A DNA stretch of 63,723 nucleotides, counting the filler, from Saprolegnia diclina VS20 (Eukaryota): NCBI RefSeq assembly GCF_000281045.1. It is 6 parts of 3 records of this genome, joined end to end, with 100 filler letters (N's around TTAATTAATTAA, not from the genome) between each part and the next. Parts side by side here need not be neighbours in the genome. Positions count along the whole stretch, not along the records: positions 28,672 to 36,482 come from NW_008246071.1; positions 36,583 to 58,733 come from NW_008246071.1; 4 more parts are not named here. One strand, written 5' to 3'. Shown in pieces: positions 34,814-47,163 of the stretch (positions within the stretch are counted from its first letter, which is position 1; every line of letters starts with the position of its first letter). Both the position numbers and the translations under genes were made by a program. A model generated the notes under the pieces. That model saw only the letters and a program-made list of their open reading frames with translations. It did not search any database and was not told the origin of the DNA.

Positions 34814-35807
34814 ATGAACGAGCGTTTGGCCGTGGTGCACGTGGAGGTGACGCAAGTCGACCGGTTCCGCACCCGAATCAGCGCTCTGGAGGGCGTTACC
34901 GTCGCCTCTGTCGCACCGCCGCTTCTCTACGTGCGCTATCCAGCAGCCCAGTGGCCGATTCTCCAGGATATCTGCTGCGCTGGCCGCATCGCCGCCCACC
35001 GCGTGTACCATGTCGACGCGACGTGCCGGGACCCTGGCTGGATTCTATACAGCGCAGCAATGCTATCGACGCGCAGTGAAACCTTTCGAGTGATTGCGTA
35101 CCCGAGCTCGCTCCAAACGGGTCTCGTCGCCCTCCTCGCCGAGCACGGGATCGCGACCGACCCGAAGCGCTACACGCACGAGCTGCACGCGGTTCATGAC
35201 GCCACCGTCTTTCGCTTTGGCGTCGTGCCGCGCCGAGTCGTTGCGGAAGCTCCGCTGGCGGACGACGTGCCGTGCCGGGCCTACCACAAACTTGCTGAAG
35301 CGCTTCTCGACCAGACGCCGTTTCCGACAGGCTACCGAGCGATCGACATTGGCGCGTCACCGGTGGGTGTTGCTCCAGTCGAGCAGCGTGTCACCTTGTG
35401 AATAGGGTGGCTGGACCGAGTTCTTGTCGTCGGCGGGAGCGACCGTCGTTGCTGTGGACCCCGGCGAGCTCATTGTGACGCACCCGAACGTACTGCATGT
35501 ACCACTGCTTCTCGAACACGCGCTCGACCAGATCTCGGCCATGGACAAGTTTCACGTGTGCGTTTGTGACATCAATATTCGCCCGCAGCTCATGGCCTCG
35601 CTGATTGCGTCGGTGGCGCCGCACTTACATCCGCACGCAATTGTCGTGCTAACGCTCAAGCTCAGCAAACGCCCGACCGACGCCGCCGTCGACCAAGCGA
35701 TCCGCGACGTCTGCCACGTCCTCGGCGACGAGTTTGAGCACTTTCGCATTGAGTGGCTTCATGCCAACACGATCAACGAGCGCACGCTCTTTGCCCGTAA
35801 GCGATAG
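34814..35807 (+). CDS. FtsJ/RrmJ-fold SAM-dependent RNA 2'-O-methyltransferase, RlmM-like
   Basis: VPCRAYHKLAEAL, AIDIGASP|GGWT (intron 35363-35405), VVAVDPG, VCDIN, LTLKL, NERTL: K-D-K-E tetrad pattern. Confidence 0.82.
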
Positions 35808-36999
35808 AGAGGTTCTATTTACCACCATCATATACTACTAGTATGGATTTGCGTGACCAAGCGACGCGCCAGTACCTTGCGCTTAGTACACTCTCGCCGC
35901 TGGTGAGAGCTCGGCTGTCGCGACCAGGCTCTCCGAGTGCTCGCTGTGCAAGGCAACAACGCAGCGGCAATACGTGGACTAGTGTCCAAGATAGACCAAC
36001 GAGAGCGACAGTCGACCGGGAACAGTTGCAAGCTCTCCTGTAAAGCGTCATGTGTTGTAGATATCCCCGTGATATGTCACCATCAATGCTGGTGATGTGC
36101 ATGACCCATGCCGTCGGCTGCAACACGCTTTGCTCGTGCTCGTCACCAGCAAATTCAAGAATGAATGAGCGGACCAAATGCTCCGCTTGGAGGCTACTCC
36201 CAAGTCGCCTCGTTACCATGGATGACCATGGATGTTACCGGTATTCAACCCAGCTCGACACAAAGCTGATACGCATTCGAGCACCAACGTCACTCATGCC
36301 GGTTACGAAGCTACTTGAAGCGGCGGCTTCTTTCTTCACTACTCGTAGACCCCGAGCGGCATTCGCAAGCTAAGACCACAACGCGGCATGTCGAGACATG
36401 TTCTTCAAAGAGCCGATGCAGTAGACAGGCGATGCCAACAACCACCGTTCTTCGTGGCTGCATCTGCATCGCTACGATGCAGNNNNNNNNNNNNNNNNNN
36501 NNNNNNNNNNNNNNNNNNNNNNNNNNTTAATTAATTAANNNNNNNNNNNNNNNNNNNNNNNNNNNNNNNNNNNNNNNNNNNNCATTTCGTGCGAAATACC
36601 GCCTCATCATTGATTGCTCGAGCACGGTTGTCAACAAGACTGCCGTTTCTAGCGCGGGGATCGATGATATCGATGTTTAACCCACAGCAAGGGTTTAAAC
36701 GCGCGTTTTTGTGAAATGAAAGCGTTAAAACTGAAGCGTCGATGCAAAAAGGCTGCTCCCAATCCCTCTACATTGGATGCATGTAGCGGCTGCAGTCTTC
36801 GTCCGTGCCTCGTGGTATGGCGGGTCCACCACCCGAGCAGCGGTTCGAGCCACCCCGATTGACTGTAGAAGTGTTGAGCCAACCCCTGTGTCCAAAAATA
36901 CTTGCGTCGTCATCATTAAGCATCCGAAATGCAGACGCCCGACCAAGCGTGCGTGGACGACTCCGATCGGAGAGCTCACGGCTGCGTAGGCGACTCAAC

Positions 37000-38120
37000 A
37001 TGCCGCAGACGCTGACGCTGGACCACGTGTCACCAGCGACGCGGCTGCTGGAGAAGCGACGGCAGATGTTCGAGGTCCAAGAGGCGCTGGACGCGCAAAA
37101 GGAGGAGTTTTCCCGGCGCGAAGTACGTTCCTTGTGTACCCACAGCGCTCAGAGACTATGCGACAGGACGCGTTCCGACGCCGCGAAGAAGGTCTGCGCA
37201 AGAAGGACCTCGAGCTGCAAGAGTCGCTTATCAAATTCAACAAGTTTCTGCAAGAGAACGAGTCCAAGCGCAACCGCGCCATCAAGCGCGCGTCGGATGA
37301 GATCAAACAGCGCCTCGCAAAGGAGCACGATGTCGCCCGGCTCCGCGAGTCCCTCGACCGCTTTAACGAAGAGAACGACAAGCTCTCCAACGAGGTCGAG
37401 CGGATTGCATAAGCCAAGCTCAATTGCGAATAGGTCAAGACCAACCTCAAGTACACGCGGTACCTCGAGAGCGTGCAAGAGTCGGTGCCGGAAGACTACC
37501 CCGAGATCACCGACCTCGTGAACCGGTATAACACGCTCAAGGACGCCAACCGGGACCTCTCGGAGAACCAAGCGCTGCACGAGCGCGACAACGAGCGCAA
37601 ACGCATCAAGTTTGCGACGTTCACAAAAGAGCGCACGAACGACATGCTCAACTTCAACAACGAGATCGCGTCGCTTCAGAAGCAGCTTGAGCTCCGCGAG
37701 TCCAACGCGATTCGTCTCCAGCACGAAGTAGACCAGTTGGTCCGATAGAAGTTTAGACAGATTGTCCGTGTATAGGTGGACACGACGATCCGCAACACAT
37801 CCGACAAGACGCTCGAGGTCGGACAGATTCTCATGGCCGTCGGGAATCTTCTCCAGCGCTCGACGAGCGGCATCCACGGCTCGATCCTTAAGCACATTGA
37901 GGTCAAGGACGCGAACGACGACCACAGCAGCAGCGCCGAGACCAAGAATGAAGATCTCGAGCTGCTCCAGAACGGACGCAAGGCCATCGCGGATCTGGAC
38001 GTCATCGCGTCCTACATGGTCGACTTCACCGCCATCGTGCAGGCCCGCGCCGAGGCCCAGCGCGCGCAAAAGAAGGCAGCTGCTGCCGCCGCCGACTCGC
38101 CTGCCAAACAACCCGCGTGA
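37000..38120 (+). CDS. CFAP73: Cilia/flagella-associated coiled-coil protein CFAP73/CCDC42 (DUF4200)
   Basis: SPATRLLEKRRQMFEVQEAL..KEEF..RE..LQESLIKFNKFLQENESKR.RA; three short introns. Confidence 0.85.
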
Positions 38121-38138
38121 AAAAACTTGGTTTTTGGA

Positions 38139-41100
38139 TTAGTCGGTGGTCTTTGCCTTGCGCTTCTGGCGCTTGGCCGGCGCTTGCTTTTCGTGGGTCT
38201 CGTGAATGTCCTGGACGACCGCTTGGAGTCGCTTGCTGCGAATCTATCGCACGATGGTAGTGTCTCTTGCTGGCGCAAACGTTACCTTGGCGTACTTGAC
38301 GCCGTCCTTGTACGACGTAAAGTAGCTGTCGATGCGTGTTTGCGTCTCCGACCAGCCGCGCGTCGCCGCCTGCACGATCGGCAGCAGCGTCGCGTTCACC
38401 TTCTCGAGCGGCCACCCAAACGTGCGGCCGCAAAAGACCCGCAAGTTGGCCAGGTCGGGCGTCGACCAGGAAAAGCGCGCATCCGATCGGTCCGTCTCGG
38501 GCTCGAGGTACGCCTTGACGACATGCGCGTTGGGGAAGGCGTCGGCGATGTGCCAGTTGCGTCGGACCTTGTGGTGCGTGTGCTTGAAGCGCTCGAGAGG
38601 CGAGAGTGCCTTGAGCTCGGCCTCCGATAGCTTTGGCAGCGGCTTGAGCTGCGCCGCAAGGTCAAAGTCTTGCACCCACGCTTTAAACTAGCGCATACCA
38701 AATCAGAGAGCGTCGTTCAGAGGCGGTCATACCTCGCAAAGACCGTCGAGACCTGGAAACGCGTGGACAATTTCGGTGGCGTTGACAACGCCGACGCCAT
38801 GGATGCCGTCCGTGTAGTCGCTGCCGAGGAGGAGAGCGAGAGCGATCTGTGCGAGCTCCATGAGGTGCAAAATCCAGTGAAACAGTGTGCACCATGCTCT
38901 TCTGGTCGAGCCCAAGTTCGCGCTCAATGTCGGCCATGGAGAAGGCTTCGACAAACTTGGAGGTTTTAAACATATTTTTGTAGACGCGTTGGCCGCCAAA
39001 CGCGAAAATATCACTATCCCACAACGATTTTTGAGGAATTCAGAATCGCAGAAAAACCTGTCGTCCGTGATGACGCCCGTCACAAGACCGAGCTTTTCGA
39101 GCGTGGCGCACTGCGCCTCGGCCTCCATGGGTGCTACAATGAACGGAACACCAAAGAGCCGCAGCAGCTCCATGACGTCGTTCTGCATCTCGTCCGTGAC
39201 GCCATCGACGTCGCGCATTTGCTGGTTCCGCGACCGCTTTAGCTGGGCGTCCGTCTCGCCACCGTCGTCCGCAACGAGAAAGCGACCCGAGTCGACAACG
39301 ACGGGCTCGGTCGGCGTCGTTCGCGTGAGGTACCGTGGCGTCGCGTCGTCCTCCAGCGGTTTACCGCCATGCTTTTGCTGATGGTCCCGGATCGCCCGCT
39401 TGATGGCGCCAGCAGCCCATTGCCTACGCCATCCATATTGAATAGACTACGCTAAAACAGTGTCGCACGTACGTCAGGTTAGAGGCTGTGGTCATGACGG
39501 CCTGAAGCGCATCGTCGTTTCGGGCAAGTCCGAGCGTGACGACGTCGTCATCGTCTTCGGCTGACAGCGCCTTGGACACGCGCCGTTCAAAGAGATTGTC
39601 CTCGTCGTTCCACGCGCCGAGGGCATCGGCGTCGAGGACGGCTGCCGTCGGTCGAAGCACCGGTGACGACGGCGGTGTCGCCTCGGCACTCCACGTCGTC
39701 CGTTCCACCGCCGCGTCTGGGACCACAAACGTGGTTGGTTTCCCGACCCCCACAGTACTGTCGATCGTAGTCGGAAGCGTGTCTGGCGAGGTTGGACGTG
39801 GCTCTCGAGGCGCGGCAAAGGCCTCGGGCGGCAGCACGTCTTGCCAATCGTCTTCTATATCGACATTTGTCGACAGATTTACGGCGTTCACGTACCGACG
39901 TCCGAAGCGTCGCCAATGACGATGGCGTCGTGGCTGGCGAGGAGGGTTGTGCTGGGTGACGCAGTGTCGTCGACAGCGACGGCAACTGTCGGGTCTGTGT
40001 TGCTGGTATTTTGGACTGTGGGCACTGGGAGATCGTCACTGGCGTCTTCGCGGATCGTTGCCGACTCGGCGACACTTGGCATTGCCCTCGGTGAGACGTC
40101 CAGCCATTCTAGACGCAAAATGACCGAGAAAGACAAAGTGGAGAAAGCTTACCCACGTCGTCGTCGTCAATGTCGATGGTGATCGGCGCAGCAGGAGTTG
40201 CCACGGGTACGGTCGAAGTTGCCACAGGCGCAGTGTTACTTGGCTGCGTCACGACATCTTCCCACTCTACCGCTGACGTATCGTGGCCTTCACTCCTCGT
40301 CAAAGACGGTCTACCCGTGTCCGAGTCGCTCACGAGTGCGTCTTTGGCCTCGACCTCGTCGCCCCACTCGACATATTGGTCCTTGACCTCGGCCTTGGGC
40401 CTACCAACTACACACATGGAGCTTCTGGATATCAAACCATGTAGATACCATCAAACAGAGACGGCGGCAAGATGCTGGCTTCTTCGGCCGTGAGCTGCAT
40501 CTTGGTCGGATCGAGTGACGCCACGAGGCTGCCGTCTGCCTTGTGCTCCCAGACGACACCGCGCCGCTGCGACGTCGTCTTCTTCGGCACCATCCACTGC
40601 GGGTGGTCCGTCCTGAGGACGAGCGGTTTACCGTTGGCACCCATGAGGACATCGTCGTCAACATGCAGAATCTTTGGCGCACGCTGAGTCGGCTGCGACT
40701 GCGACTGCTTTTGCACATACTCGGAGAAGAGCCCGACCGACGAGTCCGATGCGTCGAGGAGCTGCGCGTCCGCGGCGACAGCGGCAGGCGGTGGCGCCGG
40801 CCGGGCGTCGTTAGCTGTCGTGAGGATGTACCGGCGGTCGGCTTCGCTTGCGATGCGGCGACCGGCTTCGGGGGCGTTCGCTGCCGCCGCCTGCTGCTTC
40901 ATCTCGCGCTTGAAGCGGCTCGACTTAAGGAACGTCTGAATCTGGGCTAGTGAGTACTCTTCCGGCTTGCCTGCAAGCGTCAAGAACTGCTCGCGGGCCT
41001 CTTGGCGACGCTCGCGTTGGAAGGCTTCCACGTTCTCTTGATGGTCTCGCCATTCAATAATCGCATCGTCCTCGTCGACTTCCTCACTGGGCATCGGCGG

Positions 41101-41553
41101 CGGGCTCTCGGTCGTCTTCTTTTCCTCTTCTTCGTCGTCATTGATATGGATGACGTTGGATTCGGCCTTGGTCTCTTCCTCAACGACGGCCTGCTTGGCT
41201 CGCCGCTCGAGCTGCCGCAGGAGCAGCTTTTGCGCCGTTTGCGTGAGCGAGAGCTGGTTCTTCTCGCGCCGGGCGCGGCGACGCTGCAGCGTGCGCAGCT
41301 TGATCGCGGGCGTGTCGCCATCGAAGACAAAGACGGGTCGTATGCCGTGGAAGAGGAGCTTGGCGACCCGCTGGAAGGTGCCAAGGAGGTGCGCGTTGCG
41401 CAGCATGCTGCCATCCTCCGGATCGCGCATGGCCTTGACGAACTGCGTGAGCCAGATGCTCGCGTCCACGGCCAGCGTCTGCCCGCTCAAGCTCTCAATC
41501 GACACCTCGCGGCCTCCCGCAGCAAGCAGCATCCATAACCCCGTCACGCCCAT
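38139..41553 (-). CDS. XPG: DNA repair endonuclease XPG/Rad2
   Basis: N-region MGVTGLW..LAVDASIW..PVFVFDG; long spacer; I-region APMEAEAQCA, ITDD|SD, LGSDYTDGIHGVG; PIP box QTRIDSYF; last exon IRSKRL..KTTD* ending at 38139. Confidence 0.95.
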
Positions 41554-42481
41554 GGCAGATCTTTGGCATCCGGGTACGGGGCCCTACGAAAACGGACTGG
41601 CGGACAGTAAATAGTGTTACAAAATATGGAACGCAACAGCAATCTGCAGACACTTCAACTGCCACTTCACATTGGTTCGAGGGCAGCAAGGTCAAGGCAG
41701 ACATAGACGTTGTCCGTTGATGTGTCGACTCGATGTATTGTCTTCAGGAGGCTTGACAACCCTTGGACGCTCGCGAGGATCAAATCGAGCAGAGTTGAAG
41801 ACGCCTACTGTGGGCAGGCCACCGAGCGGCTGCCACGATGGAGACGCCAAAGCTGGACAGTTGGCGCCTTGCCAAGCGCCGAGGCAATTAAGAAACGCGC
41901 GCAAGCGATAACGAGGCGGGTCAGGACCTGTCTCGGGCTCGCTTCTTCTTTTAGTAGCCTCACTTCAACTAGCAACCATGCCTGCGACGTGGCAGCACCC
42001 TTGCCTTTTGCCTCGCGTTTTGGTCCAAGCAACTTCTAGTACCGAGCGACGATACCAACGCGGTGTATGAAGTACCTTGCACGCTGTCGTTAGTGGAAGA
42101 ACACACGGGAGGCAGAACCTTGGGCTCCATGGCTGTCTTCGATTCGACTGCGCTCGAAGAAAACGCCGAAGAGAGTCGCCCGTCCGTCAGTTGCGGCGAT
42201 CCGGTGCGTCTCTGTGCCACAGCAACGCGCGGCGCGAATTCGCTTGGCTCGTGCGACGTGGCGCCAATACACTATTTCCGTGCGTCACGTTTTTTGGCCC
42301 CTGGATGGCAGGACCTTCGTCGTATCCGGCAAATCCGGATAAGGTGCACCAATCACCACCGGCACTGCCAGGGGTGTTTGGTCGCGTGAAAATACACTGG
42401 GCCCGAGTATACGGGCGGTTGTCCTCAATTTCCCGAGGGCTTATTCGGGGGTCGACGTTCAGACCGCCAGCCACTCCTCCT

Positions 42482-45400
42482 ATGTCTGCCCAAGACACCC
42501 CTCGGTTCCCTCGTACGTGCTCTTGCTGCGCGAGCATGGATGGCCTCATCTCTCTTGTCCTTGTAGCCCAGGGAGCCCATGACGGCTTGCCGCCGTCGCA
42601 GGTAGGATCGCCATCCGCGACGATCGCTCATGCGTCGATCCACGTAGATGCCGGTGCGCACCGCGTCGGCGCCGCCCGTCGACCACACGCTCGACCCGAA
42701 CCGACCTATCTATTTGCCGTACAGGGCCGGTGGCCAAGGCTACGTGCCTTCCCAGCCGTACGCCGCGCCCGCGCCTACGGCCGGCGTCTTTGTGCCCGGG
42801 CAGCCGTTCGTTCCCAAGTCGAACGTACACGCCCAGCCGCCTCCCGAGCGGGTTCACAGCAATCACGTTGCGCACATGGGCAATGCCCCGCCACCGATGA
42901 CGTCGTCGCCAGGCCAGCTTGGCGGCCGGGGGATGCCTCGTGGCATGCCCCGTGGCATGAACCCGAACAACGTCCGGCCCTTTGTGCCGCAGCATCAGCA
43001 CCAGCAGCAGCACCCAGGAGCGATGTCAGGATACATTCCGCGCGTCCAGCAGCCGTACTACCAGCAAGGTTGGCTACCTCGATTGTTTGCATACGGCTGT
43101 CAACAATTTGTGTAGGTGGCTACAACATGCAACACATGCCGAGCCAGCCCATGTACCCGCCAATGAACCAGTATGGGTCGCCTGCGATGCAACCGCCGCA
43201 TGTATCGATGAGCATGCCGGGAGCTGTGCCCATTCATGTGATGCCTGGCCAGCAGATGCCGCCCCCTGTACAGCGCCCCGCGCCCGTGCGTGAACGCAAG
43301 GCCCTTGTGATCATTGACCCCAAGACGAACAAGCCGATCAACGAATGCAAAGCCCTCGCGACCGACGACGCTACGGTGGTAGAAAAGCCGCGGTCGCACT
43401 CGGATGCTCCGCGCCCCACGTCGACGTTGCGAGCCAACGTGCCGGCGTTTGTGTATACCCCACCGACGGCAACGACGGCACCGCCGCCACCGCCACCAGC
43501 TGCTCCTGCCGTCCCGGCCTCTCCCGTAAAAAAGGTCAAGTCTCCGCCGCCGACGCCCATTGCAGTGCCTTTGTCCCCGAAGAAGGCGTCTGCGCCGGCG
43601 TCCCCGAAGAAGACCGTGTCGTCGTCGCCTGTGAAGGCCGCCGTCACCCCGAAGAAGACGGTCGCTCCTGCACCGGTAACGCCAAAGGTCGCGACACCGA
43701 AGAAGGTTGCTACGCCGAAGGAGGACGTCGCGCCGGTGACGCCCAAGGTTGCGACGCCCAAGACCGTGGCGCCCGTGACCCCGAAGGCGGCCTCGCCCAA
43801 GGCAGCGCCCAAGGTGGCTACGCCCAAGACAGCGGTGCCCGTTGCCGCCCCGAAGGCCGTGACCCCGAAGCCTGCGACGCCGAAGAAGATTGCGACCCCG
43901 GTGTCGTCGCCCAAGAAGAAGTCGGTCGTTGCTGCCGAGCCCAGCATTATGTTTGGGACGGTCGAAGTGAGCACAGACGACGCTATCGCCGTCTCGCCCA
44001 AGGCCGTGTCGCGCCCGCCGGGCTTTACCACGGCGGACGACGAGAAGGACAATGAAGGCGACGACGTGGTCGAAGAAGTCTCCAAGAACGTGCCTCGCAC
44101 CGAGCCGCGCCCGGCCAACACGGCGCCGCAGACGAACAGCAAGTGCTGCTACAGCGTCACGTTCCTCTTGAGCTTCCGCGAAGAGTACGCGGACTTGCCT
44201 TCCGCGGCCAAGGACCCGAGCTCTGGCTGGATGTCGATGGAGGTCTCGAACGACGGCCCCAACACGCGTGCGCGCCGCCAGAACTCGGGCGGTCGTGGCA
44301 TTGAGCGCCAAAACAGCCGTGGCGACAAGGGCGGCAAGTGGTCGCGCGACCAGGCGCCGCCCCGCGGCGGTCGCGGTGGTCGTGGCGGTGGTCGTGGCGG
44401 TCGTGGCAGCGCGGGTCCGTCCATGATGGAAACGATCGACTCTGTGCAGCTCAAGCGCAGCGACGACCGCTGGGTGCCGAAGAAGGCGACGAACAACATG
44501 GAGCTCGTGAGCAAGCAGGTGCAGAGCATCATGAACAAGATGACAAACCAGAAGTTTGAGCGCCTCGCGGGCCAGCTGAGCGAAATCAACATGGACAGCT
44601 CGGACATGGTGGAGGCCGTCATCAAGATTATCTTTGACAAGGCGCTCGGCGAACCCCACTTTTGCGACATGTACGCCAACCTCTGCGTGTACCTCGAGAC
44701 CAAGTGGAAGGTGTGGAGCTACCTCCAGATCGTCCAGAACGACGACGAGAAGAAGTGGTACTGGACGACGATGAGCGACAACGACGCTGAGGTCGTCGGT
44801 CCGTTCGAGTCGCTCGACACCCTCTTTGAGAGCGCGACCGAAGACCCGCAGGACGTGGTTTCCGCGCCCGAGGGTCTTGCGCTCAAGCAGGTGCGCGTGC
44901 GCAACAAGAAGTTTGTCAAGGTGTGGGCCGTCGCCGACGACGCGCTCTACTGGTCGGGCCAGAACGTCGAGGACCTCGGAACGACGCAGGTGCTCCACGG
45001 GCCGTTTGACTCGTTCGAACTCGCCAACGTGCACGCGATCAAGACGACGTCGTTCAAGCGTATTTTGCTCAACTCGTGCCAAGAGGAATTCGAGAAGGAC
45101 AACATTTACGAAGAGCTGGACGCGGGCATTGAGAAGGCGCGCGCGGAAGGCACGCTCACGGCCGAGTACGAGGCCGAGTACGAGGAGAAGAAGATGCTCA
45201 CGAAGCGCCGCATGCTCGGCAACATCCGCTTCATCGGCGAGCTCTACAAGAAGGGCATGCTGCAAGAGCGCATCATGCACGAGTGCGTGGCCAAGATGCT
45301 GAACGTGGCTCGCGCGGCGCCGGCGGCGGGCGAGAACGTTCCGTTCCGCCTCGTGCCCCTGCACCCGACGTCGCCGCCGGACGAGGAGAGCATCGAGTCG

Positions 45401-47044
45401 CTCTCGAAGCTGCTCACGACGATGGGCAAGAACCTCGAAATGTCGAGCGGCCCGCACGTCATGGCAGTTTACTTCGAGTACCTCGGCAAGCTCACGAAGG
45501 ACAAGCGGCTCTCGTCGCGTATCATTTTCATGCTCATGGACGTCATCGACCTCCGCAACAACAAGTGGACGCCGCGCCGCAAGGAGCTCACGCAGAAGAC
45601 GCTCGACGAGATCCGAAAGGACGTGGAGAAGGAGGCTGCCAACAAGGGCGCGCAGGCCACGCGCGGTTCGGGCCGCGGCCCGCCCATGTCGGCGTCGAGC
45701 CGCGACCGTGACCGTGACGACCGGGGTCGTGATGACCGAGGCCGTGGCGGCAGCTTCCGCGGCAACCAGGCACCGCCGCAGCGTTCCAACAGCAGCAGCA
45801 ACTTTGCCAACGACCGGTCGCGGTCTCAAAACTTTGATCGCCCGAGCCAAGGCCGCCCGGCCACGTTTGGCTCGGCTAAGGGCCGCCCGGCCAAGCCTGC
45901 GCCGCCGCAAAAGAAGAAGGCGCCGTCGATCAAGGCGCAGCTCGAAGCACTCGACGACGACACGGCGTCGCTGCTCTCGAAGAAGGCACGTGGTATCCTG
46001 GACGAGTTTGTGGGTCTTCAGGACCCGACCGAGGCGCTCGCGTGCCTGCAGGAGCTCAAGACGTCGCAGAGCGCGGTGCCGAGCGTCTTGGTGTCGGCGG
46101 CCTTTGTGAAGGAAGCGCTCGTTGTGGCGATGGAAGAAAAGGCGGCGATTCGCGATGCGTTTTACGACTGCGTCACGGCGCTCTGTGAGAAGAAGGCGCT
46201 CGAGGTCGAGGCGGTTCAGTTTGGGCTCGAGACGGCGCTCTTGCTGGCGCCGGACCTCAAGTGCGACGTGCCCAAGATTGGCGAGCACCTCGCGACGATT
46301 GTCGTGCGCCTCATGGCGCTTGCGCAGTCGACGCTGACGCTGCAGTGGCTCACGATGGGCCTTCTCTTCAAGGAGGACGCGGAAGCGGACATTCTCGAGG
46401 AGCTTGTCGAGGGCGGTGTGCTCTCGGACGTGGTGGGTCTCGTCCTGGCGCGCATGCCGCCGGCGGTTGCCGCGCAGCAGGCGTCGCAAACCTTCCAGTA
46501 CCTCAACCTGACGTCGATCCTTCCGTCGCACGCGCGGACGGCCAACGACGTGGCTGCGTGGCTGACGGCGCACAATTTGACGAGCACGCTGGCTGTCTTC
46601 ACCAAGGCGCTGGAGCTGCTCCGATTGAGCCTCGACCTCCCGACGGACGCGGTGATTGCGCGCATCGAGACGACGATCCCGCCCGAAATGCGCGGCGACG
46701 CGCTCTTTGCCAAGCAGGTGTGTCTCTTTATGGCCGGTGTCTCGACCAAGCCGTCGGCCCACCACTGCCAACTCATCATGGGTCTCTGCGGCGGCCTTGA
46801 CGGCCAAGCCGCGCTCATTGGTGGTCTCGCCCAGTCGACGGCGCCAGGTACGAGCTAGTTTGCACGGTGGGTGTTGACACTCTATGTAGCCGATATCAAG
46901 CACCTGCTCAAGTACCTCATTGACCACCAGGCGCTGGCAACCAACGCGATCAAGGCGTGGAGTGACTCGGCAGCGCAGCGCTTGTGCGTCAAGGGCGCGG
47001 CGCTGGAACAGATGGACGAGATCGTCTCGCGCATGCGCAAGTAG
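42482..47044 (+). CDS. EIF4G: Eukaryotic translation initiation factor 4G (eIF4E-binding motif, MIF4G, MA3)
   Basis: YSVTFLL (YxxxxLphi) at 44150-44170; VQSIMNKMT..IFDKALGEPHFCDMYANLC; FKRILLNSCQEEF; RRMLGNIRFIGELYK; SSRIIFMLMDVIDLR; MA3-like ILDEF..EALACLQEL. Three inferred 5' introns and one at 46848-46889. Confidence 0.92.
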
Positions 47045-47163
47045 ACTACACCCCGGACGATATAGCAGTTTTTGTCCATGACTCTTTGTTAGTACTATTA
47101 CATTGTGTCGCGGAAAGAGAGCAGTGTTAGCTTTGTATAAGGACAACTACCGACGACGACGAG

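Noticed and set aside
36200..36482. Traces of an ankyrin-like repeat (CSRQAM, WLHLHRYD)
   Set aside because: Two short motifs in different frames next to a gap; too weak to call.
42077..42481. Upstream extension of the 1593-aa eIF4G ORF; similar extensions on EF-G (25830), FAM21 (8761), Sfi1-like (15481) and the methyltransferase (34604)
   Set aside because: They start at non-ATG or distant codons and run through promoter motifs; downstream ATGs fit better.
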